DNA of 64,000 nt, taken from Escherichia coli. Its GTDB lineage: Bacteria; Pseudomonadota; Gammaproteobacteria; Enterobacterales; Enterobacteriaceae. Below are positions 32,479 to 42,302 of this stretch, piece after piece. A model generated the notes under the pieces. That model was not told where the DNA came from. It saw only the letters and a list, made by a program, of their open reading frames with translations, and ran no database searches. The translations under genes were made by a program, and so were the position numbers. Each line of letters begins with the position of its first letter. Position 1 is the first letter of the stretch. Where the stretch lies: assembly GCF_050920415.1 (NCBI RefSeq), contig NZ_CP169309.1. One strand, given 5' to 3'.

Positions 32479-33604
32479 ATTGCTTCACCAACAGTGTCAG
32501 CACTTCATAGTGCGCGGTGTGCGGGAACATATCAAAAAGCTGTACCCGTTCAATACGATAACCTGACAGTTCGCGGATATCTTTGGCCATCGTTTGGGCG
32601 TTACAGCTGGAGTAGATGATAAAACGCGGAGCCATCGTTGAAAGATAATCACACAGCGGTTTACCAATGCCGCGGCGCGGCGGGTTAACCAGCACCAGCT
32701 CCGGCACCTCCCCCTGAGCGGTGGCAAACTGAGTGGAGTCCAGCGCCTGAAATTGTAAACGCGTTAAGCCCAGTTCAGCGGCTGACTGCTTTGCACAGGC
32801 AATGGCCTCTGGCGCAATTTCGATCCCGGTTAACTGCATGTCAGGCGTCGCGCAGTGTAAACCAAAGCCCCCCACACCGCAGAACAGATCCCACATATGT
32901 TTAACCGGCAGCTGTCGTACCCAGTCGCGCGCGGTGGCGTACAACTGGCTGGCGACCGCCGGATTAGTCTGGAAGAAACTTTGCGGACGGATCCACAGCG
33001 GTACGTCATTAAAACGCTCTGCCAGCGCCTGTTGTTCGGTCAGGTAGATCTCCGTCTCCCCTTCCATAATCGCCATATGTACCGGCTGAATGTTGACGGT
33101 AATAACTTTCAGCTGCGGCAGTTGTGCCTGTAACCACGGTAGCGCCTTACGCAGTTGTGCCAGCTTGGTTTCGGAACGCAGTACAAAGCGCAGCATCATG
33201 CCACCATCGCTCTGGCTTTCAGTCAGCAGAATGTATTTCAGTTCGCCACGCTTACGCGCCACATTGTAGGGGGTTAGCCCCGCACGGGCGATAAACGGTT
33301 TTAGCGCCGCAAAAACGGGCGCAAATGAGGCAGGATAAAGCGGGCAATCGCAAAGGTCTTCTGGTGTGCCGTCGCGATGCAGCATACCGAGCAGTGGTTT
33401 TTCAACGCTACCACTCACCACCATTTTGGCTTTATTACGAAACCCTTGCTCCGGGCCTGACACCGGCGCGCACCATTCCTCAACCGAAAAGTCGGCGAGC
33501 AGATTTTTAAGATCGGCGGTTTTAGCGGAGAGTTGCTCTGGAATCAGCTGCGTTATCCACTGACAGGAACGACAGCGACCCGCGTCGTAAAGTGCGCACT
33601 GCAT
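32477..33604 (-). CDS. rlmC: 23S rRNA (uracil747-C5)-methyltransferase RlmC (RumB)
   Basis: 375-aa ORF with N-terminal Cys cluster [16 protein letters not shown] and a SAM-methyltransferase fold. Confidence 0.94.
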
Positions 33605-33644
33605 ACATTGACCTTCACATCATCAGGGGCGACGATTATACACA

Positions 33645-34133
33645 TTATTGCAACTGGAAGAACCGCCGACTGGTCGAGGGAACGAACAGTAGCAACAGGA
33701 TGAGCATATCCGGCAACTTCTGCAGCATCAGACTATGGAAGATTTCACGTTTTGATTCACCGGGAATGCTGAACAGCTCCGGATAACCATACCCCAGCGA
33801 AGCCGCCCACAAATAACTGGCGGCCGTGATTTGTGTCAACAGATACAGCCAGCGCGCCCAGCGACGCCCTTTCACCAGTGAAAACGCACACCAGATCTCA
33901 ATGAAAACCAGCACCAGGCTGCTTAAAAAGACCAGTGTTAAACTCCAGGTTTGTACACTGCGATGAATGAACTCGCCAATACCGCGCACGCCCAGCGTAT
34001 TGAAAATCATCAGCACGTCGAGGCCACGGATCATAATAATGGCGAGCGCCGCCACCTGCACCAGCGCAGGCACATTCAGGCGAGCATGAGATGAAGATGT
34101 TTTCTTAAAAAATCCCAACGTTTCGTCTTCCAT
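33645..34133 (-). CDS. ybjO: Inner-membrane protein YbjO
   Basis: 162-aa hydrophobic ORF in the expected position. Confidence 0.85.
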   Translation of the reverse strand: MEDETLGFFKKTSSSHARLNVPALVQVAALAIIMIRGLDVLMIFNTLGVRGIGEFIHRSVQTWSLTLVFLSSLVLVFIEIWCAFSLVKGRRWARWLYLLTQITAASYLWAASLGYGYPELFSIPGESKREIFHSLMLQKLPDMLILLLLFVPSTSRRFFQLQ

Positions 34134-34192
34134 GAAAACAATGCCGCGACATGCGCGGCATTATGTAGCCAGGTTGGCAAATTTTAGTGTCT

Positions 34193-35038
34193 TCAGCCAC
34201 GTCTTGCACGCTGGATGTCGCGTATCCGCTGTTTTTCTGCACGCGCCATCAGATACCAGGCGATAAATCCGACAATTCCGACCGCGCCGAGGATCAATGT
34301 TGCCAGGGCGTTGATTTCCGGATTCACCCCCATCCGCACGCTGGAGAAGACCAGCATCGGTAACGTGGTGGCTCCTGGCCCGGAAACAAAGCTGGCAATC
34401 ACCAGATCGTCGAGCGACAGAGTAAAAGCCAGTAACCAGCCAGAAATGATCGCGGGCATGATCATCGGTAGCGTAATGACGAAAAACACTTTCAGCGGCG
34501 TCGCACCGAGATCCATCGCTGCTTCTTCAATGGAACGGTCCAGCTCCCGCAGACGCGACGAAATAACGACTGCCACATAAGCCGTACAGAAAGTGACATG
34601 CGCCAGCCAGATGGTGAGCATGCCTCGCTCCGCAGGCCAGCCGATGGCATGTGCAAGTGCGACAAATAACAACAACAGCGACAAGCCCGTGATGACATCT
34701 GGCATCACCAGCGGCGCGGTGATCATAAAGGCAAAACCATTTGATCCGCGAAACCTGCCAAAGCGCACCAGCACGACCGCCGCAATCGTCCCGAGGATCG
34801 CCGCCGCCGTTGCCGCACAGGCAGCTATTGTCAGGCTTAAACCAACCGCGCTCATCATCGCGTCATCACGCAGTAATTCGCCATACCAGCGCGTTGACCA
34901 GCCCGCCCACACCGTCACCAGCTTCGAGCTGTTAAACGAATAGATAACCAGCATCAGCATTGGCGCGTAGAGAAAGGTGAAGCCCAACAGCAAAATCACA
35001 ATTCGCCAGGGCGAACGAACCACCGGTAAATTATTCAT
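34193..35038 (-). CDS. potI: Putrescine ABC transporter permease PotI
   Basis: 281 aa from MNNLPVVRSPWRIVILLLGF...; start overlaps the potH stop (ATGA). Confidence 0.95.
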   Translation of the reverse strand: MNNLPVVRSPWRIVILLLGFTFLYAPMLMLVIYSFNSSKLVTVWAGWSTRWYGELLRDDAMMSAVGLSLTIAACAATAAAILGTIAAVVLVRFGRFRGSNGFAFMITAPLVMPDVITGLSLLLLFVALAHAIGWPAERGMLTIWLAHVTFCTAYVAVVISSRLRELDRSIEEAAMDLGATPLKVFFVITLPMIMPAIISGWLLAFTLSLDDLVIASFVSGPGATTLPMLVFSSVRMGVNPEINALATLILGAVGIVGFIAWYLMARAEKQRIRDIQRARRG

Positions 35039-35988
35039 CCGTGTTCTCCCACGCTTTTTTGCTGATGCTTGTGGAACCACATTATCGGCACAATTAGCAG
35101 CAACAACATGATGATCGCCACTGCCGAGGCCACCGGCCAGTCACGGTTGTTAAAGAACTCCTGCCACAGCACGCGTCCGATCATGATGCTATCCGGACCG
35201 CCGAGCAGCTCCGGGATTACAAACTCGCCCACAGCCGGGATAAACACCAGCATCGATCCGGCAATAATCCCGCCTTTGGTCAGCGGCACGATCACAGTAA
35301 AGAACGTTTTCAGCGGTCGTGCACCGAGATCCAGTGCCGCTTCCACCAGCGAATAATCAATACGAATCAACGCGGTATAAATCGGCAGCACCATAAACGG
35401 CACGTAGGCGTAAACAATGCCAATATAAACGGCCAGGTTGGTATGCAGAATGGTCAGCGGCTGGTCGATAACCCCCAGCCACAGCAGAAAATTATTCAGC
35501 ACGCCGTTATTTTTTAATATTCCCATCCAGGCATAAACGCGGATCAGAAACGAGGTCCACGACGGCAGGATCACCAGCAGCAATAAGATATTGCGGGTCG
35601 AAGGCTTACTGTGCGCCACCGCCCACGCCAGCGGATAGCCGATCAGTAAACAACAAATTGTCGAAATCGCCGCTACCTGTAACGACTGGAGATATGCATC
35701 GAAATAGAGCGGATCGTCAGTCAGTTGCAGGAAATTACCAAGATTGAGGGTGATGGAAAGTTGCCCGTCAGCCCACTCCATCAGTTCGGTATAAGGTGGA
35801 ATAGCGCGCGCCATCTCCGCCAGACTTATTTTAAAGACGATCAGAAATGGCAGCAGAAACAGCAAGATCAACCAGATATACGGCAACGCAATGACCAGTT
35901 TGCGCCCATGCTTCATTTGCAGCTGCGACAACCACAGCTTAAATCCGCCCGGCGGTTTCGACTGGGCAGCAGGTTCAAGTGTACTCAT
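35035..35988 (-). CDS. potH: Putrescine ABC transporter permease PotH
   Basis: 317-aa permease MSTLEPAAQSKPPGGFKLWLSQ... Confidence 0.95.
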   Translation of the reverse strand: MSTLEPAAQSKPPGGFKLWLSQLQMKHGRKLVIALPYIWLILLFLLPFLIVFKISLAEMARAIPPYTELMEWADGQLSITLNLGNFLQLTDDPLYFDAYLQSLQVAAISTICCLLIGYPLAWAVAHSKPSTRNILLLLVILPSWTSFLIRVYAWMGILKNNGVLNNFLLWLGVIDQPLTILHTNLAVYIGIVYAYVPFMVLPIYTALIRIDYSLVEAALDLGARPLKTFFTVIVPLTKGGIIAGSMLVFIPAVGEFVIPELLGGPDSIMIGRVLWQEFFNNRDWPVASAVAIIMLLLLIVPIMWFHKHQQKSVGEHG

Positions 35989-35997
35989 CTTTGCTCC

Positions 35998-37131
35998 TTA
36001 AACCGTCAACACCACACAGCTGTCCACTTCCCAGCACAAACGCACTTCGTCGCCCCAGGTCGGTAACCCTTTGCGATAACGATGGGCGTTTTGTAGCTGG
36101 GCGCTAATCATCTGCCCGCTTTTTAGACGAACGTGATACACCGAAAGATCGCCGAGATAGGCAATGTGCATCACCTCCCCTACCGCGAAGTTACAACCAT
36201 TGGCGGGCGGCTCCTCGCAGAGCATGATTTTTTCCGGACGCAGCGCCACATGCACCGGCACGTTATCGACCACCGAAGCATCTACATCAACTTTCAGTGG
36301 ATGCACCAGCCCCGGCGAATAAAGCACCAGACCATCTTCCTGACGCTCTTTGAGTACACCTTCAAAGACGTTTACCGAACCGATAAATTCAGCGCTATAG
36401 CGGGTGGTCGGATGCTCGTAGATCTCTTCCGGCTCGCCAATCTGGACAAATTTCCCACGATTCATAATGGCGATACGCCCCGCCATGGTCATCGCCTCTT
36501 CCTGATCGTGGGTGACCATCACACAAGTCACACCAACGCGCTCCAGAATATCCACCACTTCAAGCTGCATCCGGTCACGCAATTTTTTATCCAGCGCGCC
36601 CATCGGCTCGTCGAGCAGTAATAGTTTTGGGCGCTTGGCAAGGCTTCGGGCCAGTGCCACACGCTGTCGCTGACCGCCGGAAAGCTGATGCGGTTTGCGT
36701 TTGGCGAACTCCTGCATATGCACCAGCCCAAGCATCTCATTGACCCGGCTGGCAATTTCTGCTTTCGGCAGCTTGTCCTGTTTCAGGCCAAAGGCGATGT
36801 TCTGCTCCACGGTCATATGCGGAAACAGCGCGTAAGACTGAAACATCATATTGATAGGGCGCAGGTAAGGCGGCACCTGTGATAAATCGACGCCATCGAG
36901 CATAATCTGCCCGGCAGAAGGTTGTTCGAAACCTGCCAGCATACGCAGCAGCGTGGACTTGCCACAGCCGGATGCGCCCAGCAGCGCGAAGATTTCGCCT
37001 TTATAGATGGTCAGGCTGACATCATCGACCGCATGCTGACCATCGTAAGATTTAGTCAGATTACGGATTTCTAATAGCGGCGTCAGCGCCTTACGGGTTT
37101 TCGCCTGGGGGCGAGGGATAGCGTCATTCAC
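35998..37131 (-). CDS. potG: Putrescine ABC transporter ATP-binding protein PotG
   Basis: 377 aa from GTG at 37129-37131 (N-terminus NDAIPRPQAKTRK...); Walker A GASGCGKST, LSGGQRQR. Confidence 0.94.
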   Translation of the reverse strand: MNDAIPRPQAKTRKALTPLLEIRNLTKSYDGQHAVDDVSLTIYKGEIFALLGASGCGKSTLLRMLAGFEQPSAGQIMLDGVDLSQVPPYLRPINMMFQSYALFPHMTVEQNIAFGLKQDKLPKAEIASRVNEMLGLVHMQEFAKRKPHQLSGGQRQRVALARSLAKRPKLLLLDEPMGALDKKLRDRMQLEVVDILERVGVTCVMVTHDQEEAMTMAGRIAIMNRGKFVQIGEPEEIYEHPTTRYSAEFIGSVNVFEGVLKERQEDGLVLYSPGLVHPLKVDVDASVVDNVPVHVALRPEKIMLCEEPPANGCNFAVGEVMHIAYLGDLSVYHVRLKSGQMISAQLQNAHRYRKGLPTWGDEVRLCWEVDSCVVLTV

Positions 37132-37225
37132 GGCTGCTCTCCGGCATTGAATGTGTGCAAGCGCACCCTGATGGTGCGAATTGCCGGCGGGTGTGGTGCG
37201 CCCGTCCGGCATCTACGGCTGCGGA

Positions 37226-38338
37226 TTATTTTCCGCTCTTCACTTTGGTCCACGCGCGGGTGCGCACACGGTCGATTTTCGGATCCTGCACTTTCAGAGT
37301 GAACAGCTTCGCACGGACATCCGCAGGCGGGTAAATACCGGGGTTATCACGCACTTCCGCGCTTACCAGCGGCGTAGCTTCTTTGTTCGCGTTGGCATAG
37401 AACACATGGTCAGAGATATGCGCTACGACATCCGGACGCAGCAGGTAATTCAGGAACTGATAAGCTTCGTCTTTATTTTTGGCATCCGCAGGCATGGCAA
37501 ATACATCAAAGAATGCCATCGCCCCTTCTTTCGGAATCGAGAACGAGACATTAACGCCATTCTTCGCTTCCTTCGCGCGGTTTGACGCCTGCCAGACATC
37601 GCCCGCCCAGCCAATAGCGACGCAGATATCGCCGTTTGCCAGGTCGTTAATGTATTGAGATGAATGGAAATAACGAATGTTCGGGCGCAGCTTTAACAGC
37701 AGATCGGTTGCCGGTCCGGTGTAATCATCTGCTTTAGTGCTGTTGGGATCTTTACCGAGATAATTCAGCACGGTAGCAAACACTTCTTCCGGTGCATCAA
37801 GGAAAGAGACGCCGCAGCTTTTCAGTTTTTCCAGATTTTCAGGTTTGAGGATCAAGTCCCAGCTATCGACGGGCGCGTTTTCGCCCAGCACCGCTTTAAC
37901 TTTATCGACGTTATAACCAATCCCGGTCGTCGCCCACATATAGGGCATAGCAAATTTATTGTCGGGATCGTGTTTGGCGACCAACTTCAGCAGTTCCGGG
38001 TCGAGATTCTTCCACTCCGGCAATTTGCTTTTATCCAGCGGCTGGAAAACTCCCGCAGTCAACTGGCGCTCCAGAAAGCTGGCAGATGGAACCACCAGGT
38101 CAAAGCCGGTGCTCCCTGCCATTAATTTGCCTTCCAGTACTTCGTTAGAGTCGAAAACATCGTAGACGACTTTAATACCGGTTTCTTTTTCAAAATTGGC
38201 CACCGTGTCCGGGGCGATATAATCAGACCAGTTATAAATGTGGAGTGTTTTTTGTTCAGCCGCGAGCGTGCCGACAGAGACGGCCATCAGAGCACCCGCA
38301 ACCAGACCCGATAGCCATTTTTTATTTAAGGCGGTCAT
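37226..38338 (-). CDS. potF: Putrescine-binding periplasmic protein PotF
   Basis: 370 aa from MTALNKKWLSGLVAGALMAVSVGTLAAEQKTLHIYNWSDYIAPD...; upstream extension trimmed. Confidence 0.96.
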   Translation of the reverse strand: MTALNKKWLSGLVAGALMAVSVGTLAAEQKTLHIYNWSDYIAPDTVANFEKETGIKVVYDVFDSNEVLEGKLMAGSTGFDLVVPSASFLERQLTAGVFQPLDKSKLPEWKNLDPELLKLVAKHDPDNKFAMPYMWATTGIGYNVDKVKAVLGENAPVDSWDLILKPENLEKLKSCGVSFLDAPEEVFATVLNYLGKDPNSTKADDYTGPATDLLLKLRPNIRYFHSSQYINDLANGDICVAIGWAGDVWQASNRAKEAKNGVNVSFSIPKEGAMAFFDVFAMPADAKNKDEAYQFLNYLLRPDVVAHISDHVFYANANKEATPLVSAEVRDNPGIYPPADVRAKLFTLKVQDPKIDRVRTRAWTKVKSGK

Positions 38339-38396
38339 ATCTCTTTCCTTCTGAAAGTTCGTTAACAAACGAACAAAAGTTGTCACACTGAAAGAT

Positions 38397-38413
38397 ATGC
38401 AATATTCGTGCAT
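38397..38413 (-). promoter_or_regulatory. Weak sigma-54-like -24/-12 element upstream of potF
   Basis: Minus-strand sequence aTGCACgaataTTGCAt resembles TGGCAC-N5-TTGCA (one G missing in the -24 box), about 60 bp upstream of the potF ATG. Confidence 0.3.
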
Positions 38414-38688
38414 ATTTTTTATCGGCTCGGTGTAAGAAAAGAGAACTCTCTCCCGGCCAGCACTGCTCGCTATATAAAAGCATCGCAAGAATAACTTTAG
38501 CCAGGGTTTGAGACTATAGCTCGGATTAAAAAACGGTATTTAACAAATTTTTATGCGTATTTGCTCTATGTGATAAAGCCAAATCGGCACAAGAGAAGTG
38601 AAATAATCTTTAAGAAAAGGTTAAAAACAGCAGATAATTTTGCAGCACGCAGTCACTGCGGCAGCGACTGCGTGCTCGAAAGGAGTTA

Positions 38689-39165
38689 TCAGTGGAGGAA
38701 ATAGTTTTCGGTAACGTTGTTTTGCCCTTCATCGTCAGTCGGTAACAGCAGTTGATGGGCATTAGCTTCAAGAATGACCATCGAAATCTGCTCTTCGCTC
38801 TGACGCACGAACCATGCAAACTGCTCATAGGTTACGCCCTGCATAACGGATAAAGACTGGCAAACCACCAGCTTTGGCAGATTATCATCCTGCATATCAA
38901 GAAATGCTTTCACGGTCAGCGAACTGGCATTGATGGCTGATAAATCCGCCGCCAGCGGTAACACGGCTGAAGGTCGAACTTCCGCCATGGCAGAAAACAG
39001 GATCGTGTTATCGATCAGATCGATTTTGGCATCAAAGACACCGTCGAAATTCTGCATATGGGGCAGATGCAGAGCCTGACAGTTATCACATTCAAAAAAA
39101 CTCATCCCCAGGTCATCGAGCCATTGACGCAGCGTATCCAGACCAGGAACGACCAGCGATGTCAT
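38689..39165 (-). CDS. ybjN: YbjN (putative sensory-transduction regulator family)
   Basis: 158 aa from MTSLVVPGLDTLRQWLDDLGMSFFECDNCQALHLP... Confidence 0.9.
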   Translation of the reverse strand: MTSLVVPGLDTLRQWLDDLGMSFFECDNCQALHLPHMQNFDGVFDAKIDLIDNTILFSAMAEVRPSAVLPLAADLSAINASSLTVKAFLDMQDDNLPKLVVCQSLSVMQGVTYEQFAWFVRQSEEQISMVILEANAHQLLLPTDDEGQNNVTENYFLH

Positions 39166-39252
39166 AATTTTGTACAACCTCTTTCGATAAAAAGACCGGC
39201 ACAGCTTACGCAAAAAGCGCAGGCAAAACCATGATCAGTAATGTGATTGCGA

Positions 39253-40155
39253 CTAACCACCCGTTTTCAGGCAATATTCGGTCGTAGCGTGGCGTTCGAT
39301 CCAGCGGATCATTTTACCCGCGATGTCAATACCGGTGGTTTTTTCTATTCCTTCCAGCCCCGGCGACGCATTCACCTCCATCACCAATGGCCCGCGATTA
39401 GCACGCAGAATATCCACACCAGCAACGTCCAGCGCCATCGTTCGCGCGGCTTTTATCGCGATTTCACGCTCCTGTGGTGTGATACTGGCAACGCTTGCCG
39501 CGCCACCTCGATGCAAATTGGAACGAAAATCGCCCTCTTTCGCCCGCCGTTCAATCGCAGCGACCACTTCATCGCCAACAACCAGGCAGCGGATATCGCA
39601 CCCTTGCGCCTCTTTGATATATTCCTGCACCAGAATATGCGCGTTCAGACCGCGAAAGGCGTCAATCACGCTTTCCGCCGCCTGACGCGTCTCCGCCAGC
39701 ACGACACCAATTCCCTGCGTACCTTCAACCAGCTTAACCACCAGCGGCGCACCACCGACCATGTCGATTAAATCGCTGGTATCATCCGGCGAATGCGCAA
39801 TGCCCGTGACAGGCAGGTCGATGCCCTGACGCGCCAGCAGTTGCATCGAACGCAATTTGTCACGCGCCCGGGCAATGGCGACCGACTCATTGAGCGGATA
39901 GCTCCCCAGCATCTCGAACTGGCGCAGTGCCGCCGTCCCATAAAAGGTAATGGCGGTGCCAATACGCGGGATCACAGCGTCAAAATGGGGTAACTTGCGG
40001 CCTTTGTAGTGAATAGAAGACGCCGCAGGATTTATGTTCATGTAGCAAGAAAGCGGATCAAGAATTTCAACCAGGTGACCACGCTGTACAGCGGCTTCAC
40101 GCAGCCGCTTACACGAATAGAGCGTTCCATCCCGGGACAATATGGCAATTTTCAC
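39253..40155 (-). CDS. rimK: Ribosomal protein S6 glutamate ligase RimK (ATP-grasp)
   Basis: 300-aa [25 protein letters not shown]... Confidence 0.95.
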   Translation of the reverse strand: MKIAILSRDGTLYSCKRLREAAVQRGHLVEILDPLSCYMNINPAASSIHYKGRKLPHFDAVIPRIGTAITFYGTAALRQFEMLGSYPLNESVAIARARDKLRSMQLLARQGIDLPVTGIAHSPDDTSDLIDMVGGAPLVVKLVEGTQGIGVVLAETRQAAESVIDAFRGLNAHILVQEYIKEAQGCDIRCLVVGDEVVAAIERRAKEGDFRSNLHRGGAASVASITPQEREIAIKAARTMALDVAGVDILRANRGPLVMEVNASPGLEGIEKTTGIDIAGKMIRWIERHATTEYCLKTGG

Positions 40156-40215
40156 CCTGCACCTCTCTGTCAGACCTGGTCAAAAGCCCGCGTATCATAC
40201 ATCGATGTGGCGGTT

Positions 40216-40938
40216 TTAGCGCGTCGCCCAACCCTGTTTGTGCAAATAATCCAGAATAAATGGGCGGCTTTCTTTAATGATTGTTCGGCGGATATGATCG
40301 CTCCAGGTATCCCTGCGATTATTGCTGCCACGGGTGAGGTAATATTCCGCCAGTTGTTCGTCATACTGCGCCAGTGCGTCTTTATCCAGCGGTTGATAGC
40401 TGTTTTCGTGCACCAAAATGGAAGCCGGTAAACGCGGCTTAAGATCTGGATTATCCGCAGGCCAGCCAAGGCACAGCCCAAACAGCGGCAGAACATGCTG
40501 CGGTAATTTCAGCAGTTCCGTCACCGCTTCAATATTATTGCGCAGGCCGCCGATATATACCCCGCCCAATCCCAGCGATTCCGCTGCGGTTAACGCATTC
40601 TGCGCCATCATTGCCGTATCAACGACACCGAGCAACAGTTGTTCCGCCAGGCCAAGTTGTGCATCCGGACAGATCTGTAAATGGCGGTTAAAGTCGGCAC
40701 AGAACACCCAAAACTCCGCCGCTTTCGCTACGTGTTTTTGCCCGCCGGTCAGCGTCACCAGTTCATCACGTAACGCTTTGTCGGTAATGCGAATAATGCT
40801 ACTGCACTGCAAAAAACTGGAACTGGACGTCGCACGGGCGCTGTTAATAATCGCCTCACGCTGCGCTTCGGAAATGGGTTCATCAGTGAAATGGCGAATG
40901 GAGCGATGGCCACAAATAAGTTCAATGGTTGGCGTCAT
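40216..40938 (-). CDS. nfsA: Oxygen-insensitive NADPH nitroreductase NfsA
   Basis: 240-aa ORF MTPTIELICGHRSIRHFTDEPISEAQREAIINSARATSSSSFLQ... Confidence 0.96.
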   Translation of the reverse strand: MTPTIELICGHRSIRHFTDEPISEAQREAIINSARATSSSSFLQCSSIIRITDKALRDELVTLTGGQKHVAKAAEFWVFCADFNRHLQICPDAQLGLAEQLLLGVVDTAMMAQNALTAAESLGLGGVYIGGLRNNIEAVTELLKLPQHVLPLFGLCLGWPADNPDLKPRLPASILVHENSYQPLDKDALAQYDEQLAEYYLTRGSNNRRDTWSDHIRRTIIKESRPFILDYLHKQGWATR

Positions 40939-41209
40939 TATCTTTTTCTCTTTCTGAACGTGAATATTGCGGTGGACGGTTCATCAGCTGTGGGGCAAGA
41001 CGTTTTGCCACCTGAAGAATAACCACCACCGCAGCGGGAAGCATGAGCAAAACACCGAGAAAAATCATCAGAATCTGCACCTCTGGCCGAGAAAATGGCT
41101 CAGGCAGCGACAGGGAGCCGCTTACCGACAGCAGCGCCACCGCCAGCAACATCATTCCGATAAATTCCAGTATCAACACGCTTTTAGGCAATTTACCGAT
41201 CGCGCGCAT
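40922..41209 (-). CDS. ybjC: Small inner-membrane protein YbjC
   Basis: 95-aa ORF overlapping the nfsA start by 17 nt (ybjC-nfsA operon arrangement). Confidence 0.9.
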   Translation of the reverse strand: MRAIGKLPKSVLILEFIGMMLLAVALLSVSGSLSLPEPFSRPEVQILMIFLGVLLMLPAAVVVILQVAKRLAPQLMNRPPQYSRSEREKDNDANH

Positions 41210-41368
41210 ACGCTTCCCTCTGCAAAGTGAGCCTTCAGTCTAAAACTTTTCACTGTACTGTGTTTAACAGTTATAGCTTTTAGCAATTAATGCAACAGGT
41301 TAAACCTACTTTCAGCGAATACATTTTAGCGTGATCATTACAGGCATAAGTCTATGAGGAGAGAAACA

Positions 41369-41626
41369 ATGCAAACCGTTATTTTTGGTCGTCCGGGTTG
41401 CCCTTACTGTGTGCGCGCAAAAGATCTGGCTGAGAAGTTGAGCAATGAACGCGATGATTTTCAGTATCAGTATATAGATATTCGTGCGGAAGGGATCACT
41501 AAAGAAGATCTACAACAAAAGGCAGGTAAACCCGTAGAAACCGTGCCGCAGATTTTTGTCGATCAGCAACATATCGGCGGCTATACCGATTTTGCTGCAT
41601 GGGTGAAAGAGAATCTGGACGCCTGA
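41369..41626 (+). CDS. grxA: Glutaredoxin 1
   Basis: 85 aa from MQTVIFGRPGCPYCVRAKDLAEKL... with CPYC active site. Confidence 0.96.
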   Translation: MQTVIFGRPGCPYCVRAKDLAEKLSNERDDFQYQYIDIRAEGITKEDLQQKAGKPVETVPQIFVDQQHIGGYTDFAAWVKENLDA

Positions 41627-41658
41627 GCGTCTGACAAGCCCTCGTGTTGAGGGCTTAA

Positions 41659-42033
41659 TTAATTTTTTCTGTGCTGTGATTTAAACAAACTGCTGATAAA
41701 TAAGAAACACAATGCCCCCAACGCACACCAGAACACCGCACTTAATAACCATGCCAGCTCTTGCCAGAATGAGCGCGTTGGTGAAAAAAACAGCCGCATT
41801 ATGAGCATCGAACAGGGTGCCGCCAGCATTGCGCCAAACAGAGGTTTCAGGACTTCTCTACGCTGTGAAAAGAAGCTGGCAACCGCTCCAGGAAGAATGA
41901 AAAACAGCAAACCAATTTCAGGATGCCCGGCAGCCCGAAAAGCGCCTTTCATGTGCGTCGCCAGAAAAAGGCACACCACAATGAAGAGGACAAAACAGCA
42001 GATTGCCCCCGCCCAACGTTGTTTATGTTTCAC
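41659..42033 (-). CDS. ybjM: Inner-membrane protein YbjM
   Basis: 124-aa hydrophobic ORF in the expected position. Confidence 0.85.
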   Translation of the reverse strand: MKHKQRWAGAICCFVLFIVVCLFLATHMKGAFRAAGHPEIGLLFFILPGAVASFFSQRREVLKPLFGAMLAAPCSMLIMRLFFSPTRSFWQELAWLLSAVFWCALGALCFLFISSLFKSQHRKN

Positions 42034-42302
42034 TCGTTCCTCCTGACACTGCGTCTATCGAACACATTTTTCGCCAGTGTGGCGTTCAGTAAGATAAAGC
42101 CGCTTCGCATTCCATGCTAATATAGGCCAACGCAATTCATATAGCCGTTGATACCTAATGTGATTACACTAGTAAAATATATTGTTACTTTACTATCGTT
42201 TAGGTGCGCTGAATGAATCTGCGCCCTGAATTCTGGTAAAAAACATTATCGTAAATTACCATTTCTTTCAACAGCTTACTAGTAAACAAGAAGTTAGTCT
42301 CC

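Noticed and set aside
40418-40957. 179-aa ORF antisense to nfsA
   Set aside because: Shadow ORF within nfsA; Ser/Ala-rich low-complexity translation.
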